The position numbers and the translations under genes are program-made. Below the pieces are notes generated by a model. It did not search any database and was not told the origin of the DNA. It saw nothing but the letters and a program-made list of their open reading frames with translations. From Candidatus Hydrogenedentota bacterium (lineage in GTDB: Bacteria; Hydrogenedentota; Hydrogenedentia; Hydrogenedentales; SLHB01), in assembly GCA_963674865.2 (NCBI GenBank), contig CAXXYE010000009.1:32001-96000 (forward strand): a DNA stretch of 64,000 bases. The letters are read 5' to 3'. This document shows, piece after piece, positions 1 to 10,225 of the stretch. Each line of letters begins with the position of its first letter. Positions within the stretch are counted from its first letter, which is position 1.

Positions 1-735
1 CGCCTGCTGGATCATGGCTTCATTCGTCAGGCACAACTGCGTGCGCGTGTACCGGCCTACCAGCGTGCGTTCACCATCCACAAGCGAGAACCACTCCGGA
101 TGCGACTCAAAGAACGTGTCCGGCGGGATCAGTGCCCAGAAGGAGTGGCCGAATGGATAAAACTTGAATTGGCCGCCGTACGCATCCGTCAGGCTCCATG
201 TCCCGTTCACGCGGTTGCGTGCCGCCCATTCGGGGTCGCGGGCGTCGAAGAAGAACGCATCCCGATACTCAAGCGCCGGGACTTGCCGTTCGTCAATGGC
301 CCCAACTTCGATCCGAGGGCATCGCGGGATATGGCTTACGGTAGAGGTGAACCAGCGGCAACCGAGGTATTCCTCGAGAAACGCGTACACGCCGTACATT
401 GTCCCTCGCAGGCGTCCGCCTGCTATCACCAGGTGCGGCGCGACGGTGCGGATGATGAATCCCTCGTCTCCCAGGCTTGGCCAGTCGACCTCGACGCCCG
501 ACGCGCGTAGGTGCGCGTTGTCGCCAAGCATAATCTCGCAGTCTCCCGGCACCTCGGCGTCAGTAGTGATCGGGAGGCGCACACCAGAGATCTGCTCGAG
601 AAACGCCTGCAACTCGCTCGCCGCGCGCTGCTCCGACGGCGAGGCCGACTCCGCGATGACGATGCGGTATGCGCTCGCCCCCTTATCCGCCAACACCAGC
701 GCTGGATCTGCCGGAATATTGTCTTCCTTCATCAT
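1..735 (-). CDS. DUF4838-family protein with GH20/GH67-like N-terminal domain (3' part runs off the window)
   Basis: Not in the ORF track because it runs off the edge. Hand translation from ATG 735 (GAGGGAG upstream) gives ...LGDEGFIIRTV..LVIAGGRLRGTMYGVYAFLEEYLGCRWF..PALEYRD..GHSFWALIPPDTFFESHPEWFSL..QLCLTN, the typical DUF4838 pattern. Confidence 0.8.
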   Translation of the reverse strand, partial: MMKEDNIPADPALVLADKGASAYRIVIAESASPSEQRAASELQAFLEQISGVRLPITTDAEVPGDCEIMLGDNAHLRASGVEVDWPSLGDEGFIIRTVAPHLVIAGGRLRGTMYGVYAFLEEYLGCRWFTSTVSHIPRCPRIEVGAIDERQVPALEYRDAFFFDARDPEWAARNRVNGTWSLTDAYGGQFKFYPFGHSFWALIPPDTFFESHPEWFSLVDGERTLVGRYTRTQLCLTNEAMIQQA

Positions 736-881
736 CACGCTCCCTCATTGCGGCACACAAGCCTTGGCAACTCGCCGCATCATAGCCGGGGGCAGCGCAA
801 GGCGGCAACTAGCGTTCCTGCCCTCTCTTCAGCAAGACGCCCGTTCTTGTCCGAGTGTTCATCAGCGGCCGAGTCTACGTC

Positions 882-910
882 TTGACGCTCACATGGCCCA
901 GTGCTAGAGT
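882..910 (+). promoter_or_regulatory. sigma70-type promoter upstream of the sulfotransferase
   Basis: TTGACG-N17-TAGAGT with an extended -10 TG. Confidence 0.5.
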
Positions 911-1041
911 GCCGTTAGCCGGGGTGATTGAGCATAAACCGCCAACGAGTGGGCCGCGATCTGGCCTAGTGTGAATCGTCGGGCCACCATACTTTGGCCT
1001 TTTTCTGAGACGTCAGTTGAGTAAGCAGGGAGTCGTCGCTG

Positions 1042-1776
1042 GTGGTAATCTTGAGCGCAGGAATGCAGAAGTCAGGCAGTGCGTACTTCTACAACGTCAT
1101 CAATGAGTTGGTGATCAGAACCGGGGGCAAGGACGCCCGCGATGTTAAGGCCGCACACGGCCTGGATCGCGTGATGCAATGGCACAACAACAATATCGGT
1201 AAGCTGTCCTTGGCCAAACTCATCAAGTTGTGGCGAGTCAGTCTTGAAGCAGGGACGTTTGTCGTCAAGACGCATAAGGGGCCGAGTCTGGCGACCTCGG
1301 CGCTCAACAGGCTCCGCCTCATCAAGGTGATCTACGGCTACCGCGACCCACGCGACGTCCTGCTTTCCGCCATCGATCATGGGAAAAGGATATTGGACAC
1401 CGGCGGTGATCCCACGTTCGCCAGGATGGTGGATTTCGACACGGCCGTGCAAGAGGTCGAGAGCTGGCTGAGGATCTGGAAGCGATACGCGGCAATGCCG
1501 GGAATTCTGATGCTCAGGTATGAGGATATGGTCGATAATGCGCCGGAAACGGTTCAAGCGATTGAGCAGTTCCTCGGCCTGTCAATCGGTTCCGAAGAAC
1601 GGCAGGAGATTCTCTGGAAGTACTCGAGAAGCAATCCCGATGGCGATCGAACGGCCATGCACTTCAACAAGGCCAAGACGTTTAGATACAAGACTGAGAT
1701 GACGCAAGAGCAGAAGGCGAAGTGCCAAGCGGCGTTCGGTGAGTATCTTGCCTCTATGCGCTATGAGGTCGAATAG
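1042..1776 (+). CDS. PAPS-dependent sulfotransferase domain protein
   Basis: 5'-PSB loop AGMQKSGS, VKTH, 3'-PB motif YRDPRDVLLS, LRYEDM. Confidence 0.8.
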   Translation: MVILSAGMQKSGSAYFYNVINELVIRTGGKDARDVKAAHGLDRVMQWHNNNIGKLSLAKLIKLWRVSLEAGTFVVKTHKGPSLATSALNRLRLIKVIYGYRDPRDVLLSAIDHGKRILDTGGDPTFARMVDFDTAVQEVESWLRIWKRYAAMPGILMLRYEDMVDNAPETVQAIEQFLGLSIGSEERQEILWKYSRSNPDGDRTAMHFNKAKTFRYKTEMTQEQKAKCQAAFGEYLASMRYEVE

Positions 1777-1833
1777 GAGCCACCTGCCGTTGGAAGGCGC
1801 CGACGCTCTGTCGAGGTACCTGCTTGGTGACGC

Positions 1834-2919
1834 CTACATCTTGTATTCCGCGACCAGTTCGCTAACGAGGCGGACGCGCTCGATGTCGCCCACGGGGGAA
1901 ATCTCGTCCGAGATGCCGAGGACGAGGTTGGGTGCGAAGTACTCGCAGCACTTGCGCGTGTTCTCGATGAGGCTTTCGATGGGCTCCGTTGTCAAGAAGT
2001 CCGTGCAGGGGATGCCATCGACCATAATCAGATCGCCGAGGGCGTCACGAACCTGTTCGAGGGTGACATCGCCCTGAGGCACGGGGGTGATGGCTTCGTA
2101 GCCGTCGAAGCCGCAGTCCCGGGCGAAGGGCAGCAGCGTGCCGCAGTCGCCGTCCCAGTGCGGATACGTCTTCTTGCCGCCGGCGTGAAGGCGTTCATTT
2201 CGTCGGATGTATTCGGGCTGGACCCATTGCTTGAACACGGGCGGCGGGCAAAGGGCTTGGTGGACATTGTCGCCGAAGTTGACGATCTCGATGGGACACT
2301 CGGCCACCACGTCGAGAAGGGGATCGTCGGCCTCGTTGATGGTGCGAATCAGGTGCTCCATCTCTTTCGGATAGAGGTAGAGCGCCGTCAGGCCGTTCTC
2401 GAATCCCATGAATTCGATCAGGATCCGCATGACATTGACCCGGAAAATGTAAATCGAAGGCGCGGCGCGGTCACCGATTCGTTCCAAGCCCTCGCGGAGC
2501 CGCTCATCGTCGAACCAAAACCGCTGGTGCTGGACCACCCATTCGACGACCTTCATATCGTCCGGCGTGACAACGGGGAATTTTTTCGTGTGATGGGCCT
2601 GCTCCGTTCTTTCAAGGATATGAACGAGGTCGCCGACGGGCGTGTGCCGGGTAGTGATTTCCAGGTTGCCCTCGATCCGTTTCTCCTCGGTGATTTCGAC
2701 GGTTGACTCATGCCGAATGCACCGGTTGAAGGCCCAATACGGACGCACGGAGCAGCCGAGGTCGTCAAAGACCTCGAGGAGTTCCATGTCGCGGTATCGC
2801 TCGGGCAGTGTTCCCTCGCGCTTGTTGGTGTGGTACCAATGCTCGATACGCGGTTGCCACAAGATACCGTCTACGGGTTCGCGTCGAAAGATCTTGCTGT
2901 TCAGTTCGGCGAAAGTCAT
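1834..2919 (-). CDS. uroporphyrinogen decarboxylase / MtaA-CmuA family TIM-barrel protein
   Basis: NFGDN, HWDGD, GYEAITPVPQGD and GISDEISP motifs. Start placed at ATG 2919 (AAGGAG SD just upstream), not at the 3195 ORF-track start. Confidence 0.75.
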   Translation of the reverse strand: MTFAELNSKIFRREPVDGILWQPRIEHWYHTNKREGTLPERYRDMELLEVFDDLGCSVRPYWAFNRCIRHESTVEITEEKRIEGNLEITTRHTPVGDLVHILERTEQAHHTKKFPVVTPDDMKVVEWVVQHQRFWFDDERLREGLERIGDRAAPSIYIFRVNVMRILIEFMGFENGLTALYLYPKEMEHLIRTINEADDPLLDVVAECPIEIVNFGDNVHQALCPPPVFKQWVQPEYIRRNERLHAGGKKTYPHWDGDCGTLLPFARDCGFDGYEAITPVPQGDVTLEQVRDALGDLIMVDGIPCTDFLTTEPIESLIENTRKCCEYFAPNLVLGISDEISPVGDIERVRLVSELVAEYKM

Positions 2920-2923
2920 GAGG

Positions 2924-4003
2924 TCACTCCTTACCTCGGCCGTCAAACCAAAACGTGCGGAATTCCTCGAATGCGCAAGCCAGGGCGTCGATGTTTTCAG
3001 GCGTTGTCGGCGGATAAATGCCGACGATGAGTTCGAGTCCGCCCTTCGTCGAGCCCAAGGTGCGGACCTCCTCCTCGACGAGTTCACCGATTTCCTGGCG
3101 GGTGCCGTAAGGGACAATGGTTTGGCGGTCGACATCGAGGCGAATGCAAACACGGCCCTTGAACTCGCGGCGCAGGTTGTCGATGCCGTTGACAAGATCC
3201 TGTGGGTTGATGATGGTGACGCCGGCCATCATGAGGTCGTCGATCAAGTCCATGATATAGCCGTCGCTGTGCATCATGACGTGGCATCCGGCCTCCCTAC
3301 AAGGCTGAAGGAGTTTCTCGTAACTCGGCTTGCAGTACTTGCGGAACATCTCGGGGCTGATGATCGAGGTCGTCTGCGTGCCAAGGTCCTCGCCGATGCT
3401 CATCACGTCGATGCCTATGTCCAGGTACCGATCTACGATGGCGCGGTTATGCGCGTAGAGGGCGTCGATGAGTTGCCATAGCAGCGGCTCCTCGGTGGCC
3501 ATGTCGACCATCATGTTCTCGAAGCCGCGGAGATAGGTGAGGCGCATGAAGAAGAAGCCGTGGGGCAATCCGCCGGAACGCAGATCGCCGCGTTCAAGGG
3601 CTTCGCGCATGCGACGCCGCGTATCTTCCCAATCGGCGGGCCGGCCCCAGTCGTCCACGTCGAGCGGATTGGGCGCCTGCCAGCTATCCCAAGCGTCCCA
3701 TGTCAGTAAGGGATGCTCAACCGCGACGGGGGCGATGCCGCTCATGCTCGTTTCCCATGCGCATCCCCACGCGTCCTTTTCGCGGACGCCCTTCGTATGG
3801 CCCGGGCCGAACTGAAAGCTATCCCAGTCCCGCTTGCCCTTCTCGAAATTCGGCCAGAAGACGGGATGGCGTGCGACGACATCTTCGAGTTTGTCCCGCC
3901 ACATATCCCACGAGGCGCCGCTGATGCAGAAATGGATGGGCATGAACTCGGGATACTGAAATGAAGCGTTGCGGAGATAGTTCTCGCGATTCGTAAGAGC
4001 CAT
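2924..4003 (-). CDS. uroporphyrinogen decarboxylase / MtaA-CmuA family protein
   Basis: DAWGCAW, LRGFENMMVDM, GEDLGTQ..IISPEMFR, HSDG, DRQT motifs. Confidence 0.85.
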   Translation of the reverse strand: MALTNRENYLRNASFQYPEFMPIHFCISGASWDMWRDKLEDVVARHPVFWPNFEKGKRDWDSFQFGPGHTKGVREKDAWGCAWETSMSGIAPVAVEHPLLTWDAWDSWQAPNPLDVDDWGRPADWEDTRRRMREALERGDLRSGGLPHGFFFMRLTYLRGFENMMVDMATEEPLLWQLIDALYAHNRAIVDRYLDIGIDVMSIGEDLGTQTTSIISPEMFRKYCKPSYEKLLQPCREAGCHVMMHSDGYIMDLIDDLMMAGVTIINPQDLVNGIDNLRREFKGRVCIRLDVDRQTIVPYGTRQEIGELVEEEVRTLGSTKGGLELIVGIYPPTTPENIDALACAFEEFRTFWFDGRGKE

Positions 4004-4099
4004 GGCAGCACCTCGGATCTTCGCGGCGTTCTCGCCAAAATTGCGGGGATTCTAACACGCGCCCGCAGGCGATGGTAGCAAACGAGCATATCGCATCAT

Positions 4100-5944
4100 C
4101 TATGGGGCGGGCTCGTTCGGCAATGGCGCATTGCCCACCAGGCACAGGCGCTTCGACGTGAAAGGCCCCATCAGCACCCGCACATCGGGTGGGGCATTCG
4201 CCAGCATGGGATCGAGGAAGCGTTCGCGGACAACATAGTAGTAGGGCGCCTCGCCTGTCAGTTTGGCAACAACCACGCCTGGGGCGATCTCGACAGGGAT
4301 GGGCGTCCCTGCGTAGAAGGCGAAGGCGGGGGCGACCTTCGCGGCGGCGACGTCGTGTCCTTCGCGCACGAGGCGGCCGGTGAAGGTCGCCAGTTTCTTC
4401 GGGGAGTTATCGCCCGTGTAGTGGTAGGCGCGGCTGAGAAGTCCCGTGAGGGTAGCGCACAAGGCCATGAAGAATACCAAGTGTAGGCGCGCCTTTCGGC
4501 TTCTCAGAGCCCACAAGCCGAAGGCGATGACCCCGCCGCATAGGCACCAAGTTTCCGCAAGCAGCGGGAACACGGGCTGCTCGATACTCACGTAGATGAT
4601 GCCGCCTACCGCAGCCACCGGTAGGATGATCAGGACCACGTTGCACCACCACCGCCTGTAGGTTTCTGCCCACTTCTCGGCCAGCGGTTGGCCGAAAGAA
4701 GCCAGATGGAATCCGGTGGGAATGAGCAAGAAGGGCATCGCCGGCAGGACGTACTCGTATTCCTTGCCCGCGATGAGCGAGAAAAGCACCACGCTTGCCC
4801 AGCCGAGCACACATGCGAACCGGTAAACATCGGGCTCGCGCCGCCATTCGCTCTTTGTAAAATGAAGCGGCAGCAGAAAGCCCCATGGGGCCAGAAGAGC
4901 GGGCATGGCGAGAATGTAGTAGAAGGGTGAGCCACTGTTGATCCGGGAGGCGGTATACGTTCGCTCAACGACTTGGCTTTGGAGCAACGCCTGAATGTAG
5001 GGCCAACCCTTGCGGTGGAGCACGGCGATTCCCCATGGCGCCGCCACGCAGCATCCTACGGTGACTACGGCGGCCAGCGTGCCCAGGTCGCGCGCGCGAC
5101 GCTCCGGCCCGTGCCGCCAAGCCAGTGCAATCCAGGCCGCCGCTACCAAGGCCAGGCCGACGGGCAACGATACCGCCTTGAGCACGGTGGGATTCCTTGT
5201 GAGCAGGCTCAGGGCCATAGCGAGCAGGCTCAGGACGAACTGAATGCCGAGACTCAGAAGGCCCCATTGAATGCCGCTGCGAACGGTTCTGTCTGGCTCC
5301 GCCCCGGCCAAGGCCATATGGGCGAGCCACGCGGCGCCGACAAACAGCAGCGGCGCAGGGCCCTTGAGCAGGATGGCCATTCCCAAAGATACGCCCGCCG
5401 CCAGTGTCAGGCCGAAACGTCGCGGCTGTTCTTGGGCGCGCAAGGCCGCGGAGAAGGCCGCCACGGTGAGGAACACCGTGAATGTGAGAGGCACGTCCAG
5501 TTGGGCGAGGCGGGCACGTTCGAGCACGTAGGGAGAGGCTAGCGTGGCGCAAGCGGCCCACCGTGCCGGCATCTCGCCGCCTCGTTGCCGGACAAGGAAG
5601 TAGACGCCAAGCACAAGGCCGATGCCGCACAAGGCGGACGGCGTGCGTGCGATGAGTGGCGATACGCGCCCCGTCAACCGGTAGAGCCCGGCGATGGCCC
5701 AGTAGAGCAGCGGCGGTTTCGCCAGGTAGTCCGTGCCGTTGAGGGTGGGCACAATGACGTCGTGAGAGCGAAGCATCTCGGCCGGCGGGGCGGCACGCTG
5801 CCCCTCGTTGTCCGAGATGATATCCATGCGGCCAAGTTCGAGAAGCGTGGCACAACACGCCAGGGCAAGCAGCACCAGCCAGAAATAGCTGCGCGATCCT
5901 ATCTGGGCCGCGCCGCCCGCCTGTAATTGAACGCCATCACCCAT
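4100..5944 (-). CDS. ArnT/PMT-family (GT39/GT83) polytopic membrane glycosyltransferase
   Basis: DNEGQRA..EM, PTLNGTDYLAKPPLLYW, LKGP, K..EYVLP; many hydrophobic segments. Confidence 0.85.
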   Translation of the reverse strand: MGDGVQLQAGGAAQIGSRSYFWLVLLALACCATLLELGRMDIISDNEGQRAAPPAEMLRSHDVIVPTLNGTDYLAKPPLLYWAIAGLYRLTGRVSPLIARTPSALCGIGLVLGVYFLVRQRGGEMPARWAACATLASPYVLERARLAQLDVPLTFTVFLTVAAFSAALRAQEQPRRFGLTLAAGVSLGMAILLKGPAPLLFVGAAWLAHMALAGAEPDRTVRSGIQWGLLSLGIQFVLSLLAMALSLLTRNPTVLKAVSLPVGLALVAAAWIALAWRHGPERRARDLGTLAAVVTVGCCVAAPWGIAVLHRKGWPYIQALLQSQVVERTYTASRINSGSPFYYILAMPALLAPWGFLLPLHFTKSEWRREPDVYRFACVLGWASVVLFSLIAGKEYEYVLPAMPFLLIPTGFHLASFGQPLAEKWAETYRRWWCNVVLIILPVAAVGGIIYVSIEQPVFPLLAETWCLCGGVIAFGLWALRSRKARLHLVFFMALCATLTGLLSRAYHYTGDNSPKKLATFTGRLVREGHDVAAAKVAPAFAFYAGTPIPVEIAPGVVVAKLTGEAPYYYVVRERFLDPMLANAPPDVRVLMGPFTSKRLCLVGNAPLPNEPAP

Positions 5945-6049
5945 ATTTTCCCGACGCCTCCCTGTGGCGCGGTTTAGACTCACGATCCTCGCTAGAGTAT
6001 ACGCAGGTTCCGTGCGCAAAGTCAGCGGTTGAAGGCCGGCGGCGATTTG

Positions 6050-8926
6050 TCACAGCAATGGCTGGTCTTTCCGGTTCTCATCGCTTTGGGAGGCATAGCG
6101 CGGGAGGACCTGCACGGCGCTTGACGCGGTGACGCCGGACAGGACGTCCGTAGCTGTAATGGCCATTGGGGCCGTTCTTTCGTTGAGGGCAAGCGGGATG
6201 CTGGCCTTGCCGGCGCCCCCCGGGCACGTGATGTTCCGTGCATAGTAAGGCAACGGCTCGCCTCCATGAGGAGCCAACTCTATGTGGATGATGTGGTCGC
6301 CAGGCAGATCGCCGCGCGTACGGACGTTGAGCCGAATGAGCAGCCACTGGCCTTGGTGGAGCGTTTCCGGAACATCGAGATCGATTCCGGACACTTCGTA
6401 GGGCAAGGCAGCATAGAGCCCGGCTTCGCCGGGCTCGAGGCGGCGCCGGACGCTGTTTGAAAGGGTGTTCTCGTCTTCGGCAAGGATGTCGTAAGTGAAG
6501 CCTTCGCGCCCCAGCGACAGTTTCAAGGCGCCGGACTTCTCCGCTGCATCAGGTTTGCGCAAGAAGGCAGCGATGTGAGCCCTGCCGAAAATGTAATTGT
6601 AATGCTCGCCATCGAACTCGCCATCGCCAGCCACGTGCGGCCACTCGGCAGGGACGTTGCGTGTTACGTCAGCCTGGGCCGCATCTGGGGGGGGGACAGA
6701 AAGCGCGGCAACGCGCTCGGACCTCATGAGTAGCGCGGCTACTCCGGCCCGGAGCTTAAGGCTTGTCTCGCCAACGGCCTCGAGCCACGACGTCGGACAT
6801 CCATCCGGGAGCAGGGGTGCGGAACCTCCCGAGAGAGCAGTGCCATATGCGTCCCCAAGCCAAAGCCCGGCAAATTGGTTCAAGGTTGTGTACCAGACAG
6901 CCCAGCGGGCGTATGCCGACCCATCCGGCGAGAAGGATGGACGCAGCCATATCCGACATCCCCGCGGCATCTGCCGGGAGGTCCGTAGGCGCGCCAGGGC
7001 GGCCGGCTCAAGGGGCACGAGGGCGAAATCGCAGCTTGTTGTGGCGGGATATACGCCCACTCCAGGGGCGCCGGCCTCCGCCGGCAAGAGCAAGCCAAGC
7101 CGAGCCGCAGCATCCTCGGCCCGCAGAACATCCCCAGCGTCACGGAAGGCCGCAGTGGCGCTTAAATTACCGAGGAGACCATCGAGGACATAATGCGCCT
7201 GAGCCGCCAACCAGGGATCCCGCAAAGCACGGCGCAGTCTCTCTGAGAGTTCCCGCGGGGCGGCCTCGTTTATGTGAGGGAAGGGACACAATCCGAGACG
7301 GGCAACCGCGGCGGCGGACACGGGATCGTCTTCTACGAGAACCTTATCCACGCCCAGACCCGCCAGCGTTTTGAGGAATCCACGCGCGTTCGGCTCTTCC
7401 GGAGCGGGGCCGCCGACGAGAAGGCTGAAGGCGTCATCGTTGTGCGGCATCCGAACCGGAAGCCAGCAGGAGGCGCGCGCGCCGTATTGCAGGGCCACCT
7501 CCGAAACCATGTTGTCCAGCGGCGCCAAGGCGTATGCCTCGATCTTGAGAGAGGGTGCGAGCAGGCCCACAGGACTGAGTGGCAGCGCTACGTGTCCGCC
7601 TGTCGACGGGATGGTAAGACGTGCCTCCGCGACGACTCGCCCGTGTGGATCGACAGCGCGGGCGCCGGCCATGCACGGCTGAGGGCGAAACTCGTTGGGC
7701 CGGATATCGAAGGTTACCTCGAAGGCGTCATTCGGCAGGAGCGCGGTCTTGGAGACGGCGAACCCTTCGATCTCGGGCCACCCTTGGATGGATACAGGTT
7801 CCGTATACCAATCGCTTACCCCCTTCTTCTTGAGAAGCCAGACGTCGACGAGATAATCGCCGGGGCCGCAACTCACCTGAATCGGGTATGAAGTACGACC
7901 TTTTCGCACCGGCGCATCCTCGTAGGTGTATTTGATGGCCCACCCACTCAAAGGATTGCGAACCTGGACACGCACGTCATACTTGCTATCTGCCGCCTGG
8001 TTGAATCGCATTGCGTAGGATTTGCTGAGTGGGCCGACGAAGGCGTCCTCCAAATACCTGGAGCCGAGCCACGGCGTTCCCGGGGGCGGCGCCGCGTCCT
8101 CGTCGGGAAGGGGCGAGTCCAACGGCTGGACATCATCGATGCGCGTGTTCGACTCTCGACCCCCAGCCCAACATATGGCGTGGGCCGCAAGGGAATAGAA
8201 GTCTTCCGAGTACTTATCATTGAGCCCGTATCCCATTGGGGATACGGGCACCACGAAGTGTGTTTTCGGCGGCGGTCCGGCGTAGTCGAGCATCACGACA
8301 CGGCCCTGGCCATACAAAGATGTCTTCACCTGCCGCGGATCCGGGAGTCCCAAAGGCAGAGGCATCCCATTGACGGAAAGTCCCAGGGCGGGCGTCAATT
8401 CCGGCGGCGCAAGCGATGCACAGAGTTCTTCGAGCGCGGGACAGGTCTCGCCGCCGAATCGGGCCAGGACAAGTCCCGTTCCCGAGGCGACGTGTTCGAG
8501 CAATACCTTCCGCGCTTCTTCGGGCAGGATATCCCACCTGAAGTTGCCCGCAATAATCACGTCGTGTCGGCCTTGCAGCGCTTCGGCGAGTGCGGCGGAT
8601 GCGTCTTCCTCCGGGATGCCTTGGGAATCGCCCGATGGACCTTGCAGAGAGTCCGAAGCCCAAATGGGCACGGCCACATAACCGAGTTCGATGCGCTGGG
8701 CGAGTTCGACCACATCGCGCAGCGTATTGCGTGGCGCGATGACGAGGGCATCTACGGGGCCGCCCGCCAAGGGAATGGCCCATGGTACATGAGGCGAGGT
8801 CTTCTCCAGTGTAAGCCGGGCCCCGGCCTGAGGCTCCTTGGCGACTGAGGCCAGTGTGACTGCGGCCAAGGCCACGATGAGGCGGGACGCAAGAAACGCG
8901 GATTGTTTTGGGGGCCGATGGGCCAT
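6050..8926 (-). CDS. large secreted multidomain protein (beta-galactosidase trimerisation-like / Ig-like domains)
   Basis: Signal-peptide-like N-terminus (LIVALAAVTLASVA). SPHVPWAIPLAGG..RDVVELAQR N-domain and PLALNE..ITATDVLSG C-terminal Ig-like domain, as in PVC-type glycan-active proteins. Start uncertain (8926 vs 9019). Confidence 0.55.
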   Translation of the reverse strand: MAHRPPKQSAFLASRLIVALAAVTLASVAKEPQAGARLTLEKTSPHVPWAIPLAGGPVDALVIAPRNTLRDVVELAQRIELGYVAVPIWASDSLQGPSGDSQGIPEEDASAALAEALQGRHDVIIAGNFRWDILPEEARKVLLEHVASGTGLVLARFGGETCPALEELCASLAPPELTPALGLSVNGMPLPLGLPDPRQVKTSLYGQGRVVMLDYAGPPPKTHFVVPVSPMGYGLNDKYSEDFYSLAAHAICWAGGRESNTRIDDVQPLDSPLPDEDAAPPPGTPWLGSRYLEDAFVGPLSKSYAMRFNQAADSKYDVRVQVRNPLSGWAIKYTYEDAPVRKGRTSYPIQVSCGPGDYLVDVWLLKKKGVSDWYTEPVSIQGWPEIEGFAVSKTALLPNDAFEVTFDIRPNEFRPQPCMAGARAVDPHGRVVAEARLTIPSTGGHVALPLSPVGLLAPSLKIEAYALAPLDNMVSEVALQYGARASCWLPVRMPHNDDAFSLLVGGPAPEEPNARGFLKTLAGLGVDKVLVEDDPVSAAAVARLGLCPFPHINEAAPRELSERLRRALRDPWLAAQAHYVLDGLLGNLSATAAFRDAGDVLRAEDAAARLGLLLPAEAGAPGVGVYPATTSCDFALVPLEPAALARLRTSRQMPRGCRIWLRPSFSPDGSAYARWAVWYTTLNQFAGLWLGDAYGTALSGGSAPLLPDGCPTSWLEAVGETSLKLRAGVAALLMRSERVAALSVPPPDAAQADVTRNVPAEWPHVAGDGEFDGEHYNYIFGRAHIAAFLRKPDAAEKSGALKLSLGREGFTYDILAEDENTLSNSVRRRLEPGEAGLYAALPYEVSGIDLDVPETLHQGQWLLIRLNVRTRGDLPGDHIIHIELAPHGGEPLPYYARNITCPGGAGKASIPLALNERTAPMAITATDVLSGVTASSAVQVLPRYASQSDENRKDQPLL

Positions 8927-9151
8927 GGTGCTCGCTTGCCTTGTTCCTACCTCGATGCTGCTCTCAGGTAGTTTAGCAGACGGTGGCTTGTCCTGCCCGC
9001 ATCCCTGCGGCAGCGCCATTGAATTGGCCAGAGATCAGAGGGCAAAGACGCTGGAAAATCCACGGTTGTTGGCGTATGGTGTTGTTGTCGATTCCCGGAG
9101 GCATTTTTCCGGCAAAGACAGCAGTCAGAGTAGTGAGGTGCGTGGAACACC

Positions 9152-9610
9152 ATGGCTGATGACATGTTCCTTTCGAACGACAAGAAATCCCTGCGGCGCG
9201 GCCGGCGCGTGGCCGCCCGGACGGAGACATGCCGTCCGTGCTTGGTGCAGTCACAGAGCGCGCCCGAGCTTACCTTTCACGGCGTTGTGCTTGACATCAC
9301 TCCTTACGGAATGATGGTCCGCGTGATGGATCCGATCGCGGACGGTACGGCGGTGGTTGTCCAACTCATGCGGGATGACGAGTTCACGGTGCCGCTGGCG
9401 GAGCCGCGCGAGGGCAAGGTCGTCCGCGTACAGGAAAAGCCCGACGGGTTTTTCGATCTCGGGGTGCAATTGGTTCGCGAAGATGTCAGGCGTCCGGAGT
9501 CGCCGCCGATACATATCCCGAAGCGTCGTCCTATGCGGTACCCAAAGAGCAGAATGCATACAATCGATTTCATTGTGGGCGGGGAAACCCGGCGTCGTTC
9601 GGAGAAATAA
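9152..9610 (+). CDS. PilZ domain protein (c-di-GMP receptor-like)
   Basis: RRGRR (RxxxR) followed by DITPYGM (D/NxSxxG-like), then beta-barrel pattern GKVVRV..LGVQL. Confidence 0.75.
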   Translation: MADDMFLSNDKKSLRRGRRVAARTETCRPCLVQSQSAPELTFHGVVLDITPYGMMVRVMDPIADGTAVVVQLMRDDEFTVPLAEPREGKVVRVQEKPDGFFDLGVQLVREDVRRPESPPIHIPKRRPMRYPKSRMHTIDFIVGGETRRRSEK

Positions 9611-9611
9611 A

Positions 9612-10001
9612 GTGGGCAAACCGAAGATTCTGATAGTTGATGATGAGCCGGATGTTGTTGCGTTTATTGAACGGACGCTGGTGACGGAGAACATGGAGGT
9701 TCTGGTTGCGTACGACGGGATCGGCGCTCTAGACGTGGCGGAGCGTGAACAACCCGACCTCGTGCTGCTCGACATCATGATGCCGATGATGAGCGGGTAT
9801 GAGGTGTGTGAACAGATCAAGGCAAATCCTCTGACGCAGCACATTCCGGTGGTTTGCGTGACATCCGCGCAGACACCTGACTCCCGCAGCCGAAGCCGCG
9901 CCGCGGGGGCCGCCACCGTTATCATGAAGCCTTTCCTTATTGCCGAGCTGATTGCCCAGGTTCGGCGCCACCTGCCGGCGAAGGAGGAGGCGGAAGAATA
10001 G
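9612..10001 (+). CDS. single-domain response regulator receiver
   Basis: GTG start 1 nt after the PilZ stop; ILIVDDEP, PDLVLLDIMMP, T/S and KPF conserved. Confidence 0.9.
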   Translation: MGKPKILIVDDEPDVVAFIERTLVTENMEVLVAYDGIGALDVAEREQPDLVLLDIMMPMMSGYEVCEQIKANPLTQHIPVVCVTSAQTPDSRSRSRAAGAATVIMKPFLIAELIAQVRRHLPAKEEAEE

Positions 10002-10225
10002 CGGGGCCGGGCCTCACGCTAGGCTTATACACGCCTCCTCTGTCACAAGAAACCTACCTGCGCCAGCGGCTCGGGAGACTTGCATTCCGCCAACTTCTGC
10101 CTCTTGGGCTCCCATGGTGATGGCCTTACCGCCCTGTGCACCAGCAATGTCACGGCCACCGGCGCTCGATTGCGCAGTGTCATAGGGGGTGCTATCCTGC
10201 GGCAAAGAGAGAGGAGGTATCCGAC

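Noticed and set aside
100..907. Plus-strand ORFs 100-510, 164-907 and 511-885
   Set aside because: Antisense shadows of the minus-strand DUF4838 gene; no motifs.
911..1833. Sulfotransferase as another integron cassette (GTTAGCC upstream)
   Set aside because: No attC-like hairpin after the stop, and it has its own promoter.
2920..3195. N-terminal extension of the 1834-3195 ORF
   Set aside because: Overlaps the upstream gene out of frame; the SD supports a start at 2919.
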